64,000 bases of DNA from Octopus vulgaris. Lineage: Eukaryota. The notes beneath the pieces were generated by a model that was not told the origin of the DNA, made no database searches, and saw only the letters and a program-made list of their open reading frames with translations. The translations under genes and the position numbers were made by a program. The stretch is from NCBI GenBank assembly GCA_951406725.2, contig OX597815.1:164052001-164116000 (forward strand), in the 5' to 3' direction. Shown in pieces: positions 1-12,052 of this stretch; the stretch's first letter is position 1; the number at the start of each line of letters is the position of its first letter.

Positions 1-120
1 TAAAAAGCGATAAGAAAAGTAAACCTTTAAATGATAGAAATGGGATGTATTCGTGCTGTATGTAAGAACTGTAATGAAAGACGGCTTATTCCTCTATTCA
101 GTGCTACAATTAAAGCAACA

Positions 121-465
121 GCTTTGCGCTTTGTAACTATGTGGTTTCGGGTCTAGTCCCAGTACGCCGGATCTTGGGCAAGTGTCTTCGGGCTGACCAA
201 AGCCTTCGGAGTGGATTTGGAAGACGGAAACTCTGTGGAAGTCCGTCGTAAATATGCATGTACATGTATCTGTGTGTATGTCTTCTCACTGCTTGACAAC
301 CGGTGTTAGTTTGATTACGTTTCTGTAACATAACGGTTCGCCAAAAGGGAAGATAAAATAAGTAAAATAAGGCTTTTAAAAATGAATGCAAGGACCGATT
401 TGTTCAACTAAACCTTTCAAGTTAGTGTTCCATCATTGTTGCAGTCCAATAACTGAATCAAGCAC
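121..465 (+). mobile_element. SINE family A (tRNA-headed, internal microsatellite), degenerate copy
   Basis: Matches the recurrent blocks ttgggcaagtgtctt / ccaaagcctt..gagtggatttgg / gcttgacaaccg seen in about 10 copies in the window. Confidence 0.75.
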
Positions 466-494
466 AAATATAGGGAATGCAGCAGGTAAAATCC

Positions 495-579
495 AGACTG
501 CATATGTTTCCTAACCAGCAGAACCTCGGAAGTCATAATTACTCAACGAGGGGTACTCCACTAGCTATTCATCAGGCCC
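495..579 (-). ncRNA. Type I hammerhead ribozyme motif (degenerate)
   Basis: gggc CUGAUGA a uagcuagugga...ucugcugguua g GAAAC AUAU GCA gucu. Confidence 0.6.
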
Positions 580-680
580 AAGATATCTTAGCTAAATGAA
601 GGTTACATTATTTAATCACAGGAGATTTGACAGAAAATCCCTTGGCGACATTGTAACCTTCATTTAACTAAGGTATATTC

Positions 681-763
681 AGCCTGATGAGTAGTTAGTA
701 GAGTACTCCTCGTTGAGCAATTATTATTTCCAAGGTTCTGCAAACTAGGAAACATATGTATCC
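681..763 (+). ncRNA. Type I hammerhead ribozyme motif (degenerate)
   Basis: CUGAUGA 684-690, stem II uaguu/aacua, GAAAC AUAU GUA 749-760. Confidence 0.6.
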
Positions 764-1784
764 TGGCTTTTAGCTGCGCCATTCTCTCTATTTGGATTTT
801 TATTCGCATACATAGCAACTCCAGTTCCTAACCTTGGACTATAAAATAACCCCTTTTCAACTCATCGAACTTCGATATGGGAAAACTTTACAACCTCCTA
901 CGCCAATAAACCATTATTGTTTCTGAATGTTGTTTTTTTATACTTTCTATAGGCTGCTCGATGCTTATTAACTTCCCACACCTGGATCTTTGGATCTTAC
1001 CTTTCCATATCCCTGTGTTTGTGTGGGTGTCTATAAGTGAAAAATAGTGACAATCAAGGCGTTTAATGTGTTGGCTGATATGGACGGCTTAGGAATTGGC
1101 TACAGTTGCATAAATGTAAAGATTAACGGAGAAACAGTCAGTGTCGTTGAAGAAACTGCGGGAAAACATCCTAATTCTTCAAAGCAAATAATTCAGAAAA
1201 CTCAAACTAGATTTTTATTTTATTTTATTTTATTTTGTTCTATTTTATTTTATTTAGTAAAGAACGCCACCAAAAAATATTTCAGAAAAGGAAAAAAAAT
1301 AATAAATGAAAAAAAAATAAATAAATAAAACCGGTTATAAAATTTATAAAGATTATTTGACACTTTTATGTAGAGGAAATTCCAGCAGATATTTTATAAA
1401 CCAATGCATATGCATCATTCAGCAAACTCCAAACCTGCATTTTTACATAAGTATGACAAAAGTGATCGCATTAATAGCAACGGTTACACTGACAAAGATT
1501 TGAATTGGATTTTAAATAACATCCTTACGCATATAACTCACTAGTTTTTCTTCCGTTTCACTTTAACCTCTGATGCCAATTTATATTCAAATGTTAGTAC
1601 TTTCATATTCCATATCACATATCGCTGAATAAAGCATGAGATTAATAACTTGCACAAGAGATAGAGTTGAACTTGGGAAAAATGACTTTGTGATGACAAT
1701 TTTAAAACTTTTTTTTTTCACAAACTGTAACCATGTGCGTGTGTTCTGTGTATTAGATATCGTTTCCACAGCTAGGACGAACTT

Positions 1785-2110
1785 TGATACTCCGTCGTTT
1801 ACGACAACGAGGTTTGCAGCTGATCACATCAACGTATCAACCTGCACGTGAAATTAACGTGCAAGCAGTCGATCACTCTACAGACACGCGTGCCCTTCAC
1901 GTGGTTCACTGGGCGATTCAGTGAGACGGAGAATATGACAAATCTGCCGCACTGAAACGCGGATAACACTCATTTTTTTGCTATCTGAATGGACTGGAGC
2001 AAAGTGAATTAACGTGTCTTGTTCAAAGATACAACACACCACCGGAAATCGAACTCACGACTTTACGATCGTGAGTCGAACACCCTAACCACTAAACCAA
2101 GTGTCTTTAC
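1785..2110 (-). mobile_element. SINE family C/D (tRNA head, CORE-like body)
   Basis: Minus strand tagtggttagggtgttcgactcacgatcgtaaagtcgtgagttcgatttcc contains A/B boxes; similar to 31022-31319 and 63636-64000. Confidence 0.75.
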
Positions 2111-2415
2111 AGGACGTTGTCCAACGCAAAGGTCATAATCTTGCTGAAAACAATGGTATCCAGCGTACTTGCTGTTAAGTAATTTAACACTCTTCAGCTA
2201 ACGTTGCTTTCCTTTTAATAGTCAATAATAGGGTAATTATGAATGTAATTGTTCTGAATTCAAATTAAATAGTGAATAAATCACTTTGGATCCCTTATAA
2301 CACCTAGCCATAAATCTTTTAATCAGTACCATCTTTGTTTTCAATGAAAATCTCTACTAATTATCTTTTCTAAAACACACACACACACATTACACGCACA
2401 CGCACACACACATAT

Positions 2416-2450
<35 letters not shown>

Positions 2451-2457
<7 letters not shown>

Positions 2458-2699
2458 AATAGTAAAAAGTGAAAAAACTACAGAAGGCTTAAAGGTTAAA
2501 AAATATATATATTTGCGTCAATATGTCTGAAGAATATTAAAAAAATTTTTCCCTTACAATGACATAATTTAGAAGAAAGACCGGTTTCGCGTTTAGCTTT
2601 TCAAATTTCTTTATTCTTCAGACATATTGACGCAAATATATATATTTTTTAACCTTTAAGCCTTCTGTAGTTTTTTCACTTTTTACTATTTTCTATATA
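2451..2699. mobile_element. Perfect 86-bp inverted repeat with an HHR in the spacer, inserted in (TA)n
   Basis: 2451-2536 is the exact reverse complement of 2612-2697; flanked by (TA)n. Confidence 0.85.
2573..2611 (-). ncRNA. Minimal type I hammerhead, U3-A8 variant
   Basis: aagaaa u UUGAAAA gc uaaac gc GAAA CCGG UC uuucuu. Confidence 0.65.
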
Positions 2700-2733
2700 T
2701 TCAACCACGTGCTTTCACAAACCAACTTTCTTA

Positions 2734-2793
<60 letters not shown>

Positions 2794-2849
2794 AAGGCCT
2801 TCATTGATTTCATCCAAAATGGAGACGAACACCAATCCTCCATGTTGTC

Positions 2850-2908
2850 GGCTTGAAAAATTGTTAAGATATTAAGATATTTTCCTTAACATGAAACCAA
2901 CGTTAGAC
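2850..2908 (+). ncRNA. Type I hammerhead-like motif, U3-A8 variant (degenerate)
   Basis: c UUGAAAA au uguuaag...cuuaaca u GAAAC CAAC GUU; perfect 7-bp stem II, poor stem I. Confidence 0.5.
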
Positions 2909-3305
2909 TTAATATACAAGTAAAGAAATTTTATCCACGAATGCGGTGTCGAGCATTCAACTTCGTCGTTCGACATTTAGGTATAATATATATGTGTGTG
3001 TGTTTTTGTGTGTGTGTGTGTACAAGTACGTTGCTCCATCTAGCGGAAATAAAGTCTTCAATACATGTAGACTTTTTCAGCACTTCATTTGATACTGCTC
3101 CAGTTCATTAAGCTGCAAATGGGTAACTCTGCATCTGACTGCAAGCATGTTCAGAACAAATGATGACCTATACGGCTAGCTAGTGGGAAGGTTTCTTTCC
3201 GAAACTACGACAATGCGAGAAAGCGCATTGTTAACCAGCGGTGTACAATATCCTTAGTCCGTTTGATACTGTGATAGCACACATATATACACACACACAC
3301 GCACG

Positions 3306-3363
<58 letters not shown>

Positions 3364-3667
3364 TATGGGGAGGATTACAGGAGTGAATCATGTATTGAAA
3401 CGCGTAATGATACCTTGGGTCATTGGCACTTTTAAGCTCTGCGTTGAAAATTCCCAAAAATACATTTGCGTTACGCTCGCTAGATCAATTAAAAAGAGTA
3501 CTTGAACCGATAACATTCAATATAACTTACATGTCAGAATAACTGTTTAGAACAGGCTTTTGACTACCAACTCAAAATAGGAACATTAAAATGTGTAGAT
3601 ACACACAGAGACAAGCATACCAATAGAAACATATGTAAGCTCATACAGATAATCGCATATATACAGA

Positions 3668-3860
3668 CACAGGAGTCGGTGTGTGATAAGAAGGCTGGTT
3701 CCTAACCACATGGTTCTGGTTTCAGTCCCACTGCGAGGCTCTTCAGACAAGTGTCTTCTACCATAACCTCGGGCCGACCAAAGTTTTGTGAGTGGATTTG
3801 GTAGATAGAAACTGAAAGAAGCCTATCCGCCATGATTGACCGCTAAATCTACAGGTTTTT

Positions 3861-3917
<57 letters not shown>

Positions 3918-4297
3918 ACTCTCTCTGTTTATTTCATCGTGTTCCTTTCTGTTGAAGAGCGTAGACACGAATCGTAAAACTCTTTCTCACCTTCCCGAGG
4001 GTCAAATTAATACACCTGCTTGTTGTTTATACACCCGTCTTCGTCTTTTTTTCTGTAAATTTCAACTATGTGTGAGCGTGTGTGTGTGTATTTCTGTGTC
4101 TGTGTTTGTGCCTCCAGCATCGCTTAACCGATGTTGGTGAATACGTCCCCATGACTTAGCAACTCGGCAAAAGAAACCGATGGAATAAATACTAGGCTTA
4201 CAAAGAATAAGTCCTGGGGTCGATTTGTTCGACTAAAAGGCGGTGATCATGCATGGCCGCAGTCAAACGACTGAAACAAGTAAAAGTATAAAAGAAT
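3668..4297 (+). mobile_element. SINE family A with a nested HHR element
   Basis: Head caggagtcggtgtgtgataag to tail gactgaaacaagtaaaag; interrupted at ~3826-4068. Confidence 0.85.
3826..4068 (+). mobile_element. Short HHR-bearing element (CUGU-core family), copy 1
   Basis: cttt CTGTTGA agagc gtag acac GAATC GTA at 3945-3976; body shared with copies near 21.3k, 43.5k, 45.1k and 54.8k. Confidence 0.7.
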
Positions 4298-4833
4298 ATA
4301 TGTTTATGGACCTAGAGTGTCACACTTTTATGAATTCGTTATCTTAACTGCACATTTGATCAAGGATGCCAAATATAATGCATGTAAAATTGCCCAGTTT
4401 CAAGCTGATCCAATTTTATTGAGCGATGAGTAGTTTCCACATGAACAAGATGCAAGTTTGAGGGAAATGGAAAACACTTTTCTAGTAGATTAGCTTAGCT
4501 GCATCATTTAGCGTTGTGAGAGTAAATGATAGAAGATTAATTGGATTTAGCAAAAGAAATGAGTTAAGAACACAACTGTGAACAGAAAAACTAATTTCAA
4601 AACTGCCAATGGGATTACAGGATAGAAATAAGAATATGCACATATACTACAAACATGCAAACATTTGTGTACACACACACAAACACACGCACATACATAC
4701 ACACAAATACATATTCACATATTTATATATGCATATACGTATGTATATATATATATATATACATATATACATATATATATATTCAAATTTATGTATGTAT
4801 ATAAATATATGTATAGGTATATATATATATATA

Positions 4834-4896
<63 letters not shown>

Positions 4897-4982
4897 AGTG
4901 TACATTTGAACACATGAGATTACCATAATAGGACATCTAACAAGCTAGAAGTGTGTAGTCAAAACCACACCACTATCCAAAC

Positions 4983-5046
<64 letters not shown>

Positions 5047-5118
5047 TGTATGTATGTTGTATGTGTATATATATATATATATATATAGATAGATAGATAG
5101 ATAGATAGATATAGATAT

Positions 5119-5245
<127 letters not shown>

Positions 5246-5669
5246 TAAGTTCAGCAAAATTTAGATTCAGATGAATATGGTACTTAAATCAAAGGCACTA
5301 GAACTTTGTATGGTATTATCCATAGAAATCCATGGGGTGATTACAATCAAAATAAGCAACACGTATATCCTCGATTATATATATATATTTATACATATAT
5401 ATATGCAATGCAGATTTTGCGATTGAAACGTAATCGAGACTACGTGTAATCAAACAACACGCGAAAATATATGTTCCATTTGTGATCTAACATTGAAAAC
5501 GATAGCGAAAGTTTCACCGTGTCGTTATAAAGAAGGTAATCTTCATTCAGAATTCCATTACGAAGTCGGAAATATATTTTGTTATGTCAATGCATCAAGC
5601 CATAATGTGGTGTTGCCTCGAGTCCCATCGTTTAAAATAATTCATTACCATGTACGTTAAATATTTGCT

Positions 5670-6385
5670 ATGCCAAATAATTTCTCTCCTGAATGAAGTT
5701 TACGCCATTTCAGGACAGCTTTTTCGCTGCTTCACCATGGACATTTATTATGGTTTCAAATTTTGATACAAGGGCTGTAATTTCAGTGGGTGTGGGGTTG
5801 TTTAACGATTATATCGAACCCAGGGCTCAACTGGTACTTATTTTATCGACCTCGAAAGGACGAAAGACCAAGTCGACCTCGGCTGTATTTGAACTCAGAT
5901 CATAAAATGAGGAGAAACGCTGCTAAGCATTTTCTTCGTCGCTATAACGATTCTGCCAGCTCGCCGCCTTACCATCCTCTTTAATATTATGTACATTTAT
6001 CATCTCTTTAAAGGGACAAATCCTTCATGATCACCGTCTCTGATTTGATGCGCGTGTAGCTTTTAAATTAACGAAAACTTCCGAACATTCATTTCTACTA
6101 AATCGCAATTAATAGGCGTTTTACACTGATTTTGATCCTCTAACCAAATTACCGTCAGGCATTCTATTTCAATAATTAAACCACCATGTTGCTTACAGAT
6201 AATTGTATATTTTATAGGGACAATGCATTTTACATGCTCCTTTAATCTCACTTTGTCCCTTAAAATTGTCTCGACCGTTGATCGTCAATAGTTTGCCGTA
6301 TTTAATATATTCTTTGGCCTTTCACCTCTCTCTGATCGCTTTATTATTCGCATCGTAATTTCAGTCGTAAAATTCCTTTCCTTTG
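5670..6385 (-). pseudogene. Tigger/pogo transposase N-terminal part (psq and CENP-B HTH), inverted
   Basis: Translates IIKRSERGE..RSTVETILRDKVRLKEHVK..GGLIIEIE..IWLEDQNQ; VHGEAA beyond the SINE insertion; contains stop codons. Confidence 0.7.
5750..5970 (-). mobile_element. SINE family B
   Basis: Reverse complement of aggcggcgagctggcagaatcgtt...ctgagttcaaat...gaggtcgactt; compare 20416-20648. Confidence 0.85.
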
Positions 6386-6409
6386 ATCTACAGCCATCAC
6401 TTTCAATGG

Positions 6410-7330
6410 ATCATGCTTTGGAGTCATGGTTACAAATATTTAACATGGTCGAAACTGGATTATATCTGAAAAGAATGCTTTCAAAGTGACAAATCTCAAC
6501 CAGATTTAAAGTCTCTAATGACCATTTGACTCTTTTTGTTAAGAGGAAATGCAGACTGAAATTTCAATTTAAACCTAATTGTTGCATATAGTTGTTGCAT
6601 AGTGTGCAGCAAATTTGCATTCGCTAAAAGGTTATTACTATCGTTCACATCCGGTATTTTGGTGTGCTAATAATATGTCGTTGGTGAGCAAATCTCTTTT
6701 TGAAGAACGATCTTTTATATATTTTTGTTCAGTCGTCGAAAACTATTACAAATCATGTAATATTATATTTGAAAAATTACTGCGTTTAAGTAAAGTCCAT
6801 AGTAGTTAAGCTACTAGCAATTATTAGCATGAAAATGCAAGTTATGAACTTAGCGCCAAATACGACAGCCATATTAGAATCAACGAACGAAGAAATAATC
6901 ACATAAATGTTCGTATGTATATGGTATGCGAAAACATTTTGCTGCGCCACTTAATCAAATAAGTAACAATGCAGTTTCTTTAGCTGACTTCTGAAGGAAA
7001 TGCAATATCAAAAATGTTGTTGATTAATAGTCACTATGGTTAGGAGAAAATAAGTTCAAGTAACATGGCGGCAATGTGCGAATATTAACCGTGACATGGT
7101 ACAAATAATTTCGAAGGATTTCCTTCTGATGTACAAGATCTTCATGAAGAAATAACGCGTTGGGAAGCAGCGTGCTTTTGATGGAATTGTCTACAAATAC
7201 TAATGAATTGACTCTCATAAGGAAAAATTATATAATAATGACATTTTTTTCAAAGAAGAAAATAATAACGATGCCAATATGCTGGTGAAGGAATTCTCTA
7301 ATAAGAAATATATTCAGAAATAGAGAAACA
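6410..7330 (+). pseudogene. Tigger/pogo transposase DDE_1 domain relic
   Basis: QIFNMVETGL, FKVSNDHLTL, HPVFWCANN, LAPNTTAILESTNEEII and NFEGF resemble QIFNxDETGL, KDRLTL, LPVxW and LPPNTTSxLQPxDQGII; frameshifted. Confidence 0.75.
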
Positions 7331-7724
7331 TTAAACAGAATGAACATGAATGTTGATTCCAACATCAAAAGAAACATGCAAATTTTCCCTAACTTCTAAG
7401 TGAAATTACTCAAATCCATCGTTATTTATTACAAATGATAAACGGACGTAATACATTTAAGTAATTGTTGAACTCCATCATTAGGAAAGCCATAACGCTA
7501 AACTCGATTAAATAAGAGGTTAACTGTGTGATGAATACCGATGTCACGTCGATTAGTGATTCAATATGGTTTTTAGTTACATGTGTAAATGTAACCCCAA
7601 AATTCAATGAATGAATGTCAGAAGCTCAAAAACAATTTAATAAATGGTGTTGTATGTCGTCCACGGAACGATTTCAAATCTTTCTGGCAAAGCATCATAT
7701 TGCAGTACATCTTAAAGCATTTAA

Positions 7725-7980
7725 ACCAAGCCAGGAACTTTTCAGCACCCCCTCGTGTATATGTGTGTGTGTGTGTAAAAGGAGGTGCTGACCAGTGCCT
7801 AGCTTTAGGGGTATAGCAAAAGGCCTGGTTGGAGTCTCAACATTCCGAGTTCTTTTACTGGGCTTAGAAAAACTGAAGGACGGCTGCAATAAGTGTGTGA
7901 ATCTGAGAGGAGAATATGTTGAATAAAATATAAATGATCCTCCTATATTTTCGTTTATCCCAAACCAGGAACTTTTCAGT
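7725..7980 (+). mobile_element. Mariner-derived MITE plus solo TIR
   Basis: TIR gagggggtgctgaaaagttcctgg; C-terminal GLEKLKDGCNKCVNLRGEYVE* at ~7858-7926. Confidence 0.7.
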
Positions 7981-8210
7981 TTGATTACTTGCACAAGTGG
8001 TATTTTGCTTTGGAAAATCGTGTCTGTTCAACATAGAAATTCTTTCAGCAAAATTTTTCCGTATACCTCTATAGGAACCCATTATCAGTTTGTGAAATTC
8101 GTGAATTTCATGTCGTCTTCACAACCAAGAGATTGGAGTGCGATGAAGACAGTTATAGTTTTACGGAAATGTTATCGTCTCGTGTATTTGCTATTCATGA
8201 CTCTAATATG

Positions 8211-8657
8211 CACTAGGCATATGCATCACAACCATGTGTGCGCAACATGGTGATCTCAAATCAAGATAAGCAGCACATGGCCTTGCAGGTGGGGCCCAGT
8301 TAGAATTTTCTTCAGGTCGAGTAGCCCATTCCGCTCAAAATGTCCCTGAATAAGGGTTGTTTAAGGATGTTGAACGAAACACCCATGTTTCCAAAGGTGA
8401 ATTATTCAAACTCCAAAGAATCCCTCTCAACATCTGGCTATGATGCTCCCCCACCACTTCTACTTCTGATCAGAGATGCACATATCGTCGGCCACTAAAG
8501 GACATGCTCAACTGGTTAAGATCAAACAACTGACAAGGAAATCTGTGGTACTGAGCAGAATATTTGCTGTAGCCCATCTTATATATATGTACACGATAAC
8601 ACTTCCAATCAGTTATGATCAGAAGCCACGAGAGTCACTGCTTGGTACTGCATCAGG
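8211..8657 (-). mobile_element. Non-autonomous retroelement of an (AAT)n-tailed family, copy 1
   Basis: 8211-8520 is near-identical to 8769-9125. Confidence 0.7.
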
Positions 8658-8659
8658 TC

Positions 8660-9124
8660 TTTTATTATTATTATTGAGTGAGAGAGCAGTTCATGCCATC
8701 AAAGTGACACTGGGGTAAAATATACGAAGCCCAATATACCCATCATGATTACCCGTCTGATAAAGGTACACCAGGCACATGCATCACAACCATATGTGCG
8801 CGACATGGTGATCTCATATCAAGATAAACAGCACATGACCTTGCAGGTGGGGCCCAGTTAGAATTTTCTTCAGGTTGAGTAGCCCATCCCGCTCAAACGG
8901 TCCCTGAATAAGGGTTGTTTAAGGATGTTGAAAGAACCACCTATGTTTCCAGAATAAGGGTTGTTTAAGGATGTTGAAAGAACCACCCATGTTTCCAGAG
9001 GTGAACTATTCAAACCCCAAAGAATCCCTCTCAACACATGGCTATGATGCTCCCCCACTACTTCTGCTCGTGATCAGAGATGCACATATCGTCAGCCACT
9101 AAGGGACATGCTCAACTGGTTAAG

Positions 9125-9125
<1 letters not shown>
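8660..9125 (-). mobile_element. Non-autonomous retroelement of an (AAT)n-tailed family, copy 2 (5' truncated, internal ~46-bp duplication)
   Basis: (TTA)n at both ends; gaataagggttgtttaaggatgttgaaagaaccac duplicated. Confidence 0.7.
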
Positions 9126-9169
<44 letters not shown>

Positions 9170-10394
9170 TCTTTCAGTATCACTGCATATGTGTATACAT
9201 GTGGACACGTGCGTGTTTGTGTCTGTGTTTGTGTGGTGTAAGTGAGAGGGTTTTTCTTCTTTTTCATATCATTCTGGCTTGTAGCAAATCTTTGCAATTG
9301 GTTCCATACTATGAGAACACGTATGTTTTTTTTTTGTGTGTGTGTGAGCATGGGCCTGTGTTTGCATGCATAATCGTGCATGCATGTAAGGATGAATATG
9401 TATGTGCCTTTTGCTTGTGTGTGCGTGTATGTGTGTGGGGGAGGGGCATATGTTTGCGTGCACGCGCGTGTGTGTATACATACACACACACATATATGTA
9501 AGTATATATATATATTCCATAAGCTGAGAGGTGAACAACATGCTTTTATTAACTAGCATAACTAAACTACGTACATCACACAAACACCTATTCATACATA
9601 TACACACACGTACACACACACATGCATACATACTCATGTGCTGCTACTACTACTACTATTACTATTACTGCCACTCTTACTACAAATACTACTATCACCA
9701 TCACCACCACCACCACCACCATCACCACCATCACCACCACCATCACCACCGTCACCACTACTACTTGTTACGGTCGTATGAAGTATTGATTTTGTAACGT
9801 TCCATTTCTACCAATTTTAAATGCTGTAACGCACGCATTTCTTTCATGCCAAATTATTTTTATTCAATAGTTAAATCAGCAAAATTCCTTAGTTTTCCGG
9901 TTTACAGTCGCGCAACGTTATAATTATAAATCAAAAATGTTTTTTGTCATGTAAAATTGGCAGGTCTGTGCTGTGTAAAGTTTGTCACCAATATCAAGTT
10001 CCTCTGAATTTTTCATTGAATATATTTCGATTTCCTTTGCATTCACGTTTCCTATTTAAGAAATCTTGTTAAAAAATTACAAAGACTCTTTTACCTTATT
10101 AACTAACTAATTTTTACGATACACCAAGATACCTTCTACGCAGTCGTTCGACTGTCTAAAATAGCGTTCGATATTGTTCCCTCTTAAATTATACCATACC
10201 GATTCAATAAGAATAAAGGAAAAAAATTAATGATTGTAGGTGTTTAAGTAGAAGGCTTAACGACATCCAGAAATACAAGTACAAAGCAGCCTTTGGATTA
10301 TGGAGGAAATCAAAGTTACTCTGACAATAGAACTAATTCATATAATACGTTTACCCTAACGCACAGACTCTAAGCTAACGATATAGTCATGCAC

Positions 10395-10550
10395 TGAAGA
10401 CGCGTGGCTTAGTAGTTAGGGCATGCGGCCAATGATCGTACGATCATTGATTCGATTCTAAGTAACGCGTTGTGTATTGAGCAAGACACTATTTCACGTT
10501 CCTCCAGTATACTCACCTGACAAAAATGAGTTGTACCGGTCATTCAAAGG
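10395..10550 (+). mobile_element. SINE family C, degenerate 5' part
   Basis: cgcgtggcttagtagttaggg..gattcgattc..ttgagcaagacactatttcacgtt. Confidence 0.7.
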
Positions 10551-10620
10551 GTGAACCGCGATACGTGAACCGCGATACGTGAACCGCGATACGTGAACCG
10601 TGATACATGAACCGCGATAT
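10551..10620. repeat. 14-bp minisatellite x5 (gtgaaccgcgatac)
   Basis: Read directly from the sequence. Confidence 0.95.
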
Positions 10621-11314
10621 GGTGAGGCATTACTGTATATGCATTTCTACGCCTATATACATTTATGCTGTTTTTAATGTAAGCGTGTATACACATGTGT
10701 GTAGAAATTATAACCGGTAGGTGAAATATATTCCATGCTTAATAACGATTTGAAATACGTTAGAAAACATTGAGTTTGCACACACACACACACACACACA
10801 GAAACATACACACATATTTATGAATGTACGCATATGCGTATGTATGTATTTTTTGCACGTAAGTATGTATGTATGCACGTATGTATGAATTTTTGTATAC
10901 GCGTATGTATGCATGTACGTATGTACATGCGTGCGTACGTACTTACGTAAGTACGTATGTATGCATGTATGTATGTATGTATGTATGTATGTATGTATGT
11001 ATGTATGTATGTATGTATGTATGTATAAATGATCCGCAATGCTTCATAGTGTTTCGTTATATGAGCTGAATTTATTTGGTAACTAAATCGATGTCTTTGC
11101 CATAGCTCTCGGTATCATATTTGTTCTACGATGTTATACAGAACTTCAGAATTACACTAAGCTAATACTGACCTTATGAGAACCAAAGTTATCTACAAAA
11201 GAAACACGAATAAAATTAGAGGCTGACGGAAAAAAATTCTATGTAAATTAATATTAACTGATGTAAATACGTATGCAAATATTGCACACCAGCCCATACA
11301 TATATATACGCACA

Positions 11315-11368
<54 letters not shown>

Positions 11369-11402
11369 CACACATACATACATACATACATACATACATA
11401 CA

Positions 11403-11472
<70 letters not shown>

Positions 11473-11517
11473 CATACATACATACACACATACATAGATA
11501 CATACATATATACATAC

Positions 11518-11561
<44 letters not shown>

Positions 11562-11876
11562 TAATATGCACACAGATACATACATGTAGATACCTACTTA
11601 CCTATACACATGCGTGAATACATACATAAATGTTTAATTTCCACGCTTACATTATAAACATTCATGAGTTCTTATCATTGGGGAAACATCATTGCAACAT
11701 TTCCATGCAAATACAAGGAATCAGGCACCTACACACAGTAGCTACAATAACCGCAATATCGTTGATTTCTTTTACTTGCCACAGGCGTAATGCCGGTAGG
11801 GTACTTTAGTCGGTAAAATTACAAGAATCTGTAGAAGTTAAAACAGAATTGGTTTTATAATAGATAAGTAAATAAA

Positions 11877-12052
11877 TCTGTATATATAAAAGGCAGGGTG
11901 TGTGTGTGTGTACTTGAATGTAATTTATGCACGTCCACAAATTAGCACGTATGTCGCTCCAATTTTAGGAGGACATTCGTCATGATCACTGTATTTTCGT
12001 CAACCTTAATAATCCTAATTTAATCCCGGGCAAAGCCGGGTTATACTGCTAA
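11877..12052 (+). mobile_element. Non-autonomous Helitron
   Basis: A|TC start (tctgtatatataaaa), 3' hairpin cccgggcaaagccggg, CTAA|T end. Confidence 0.75.

Larger units (their letters stand above)
466..793. mobile_element. Degenerate inverted repeat (~140-bp arms) of a Penelope-like terminal repeat carrying two HHR motifs
   Basis: 466-607 is the reverse complement of 652-793; each arm has CTGATGA...GAAACATATG(T/C)A. Confidence 0.7.

Noticed and set aside
8560-8657. HDV-like ribozyme at the 5' end of the AAT-tailed element
   Set aside because: Could not build the nested double pseudoknot by eye
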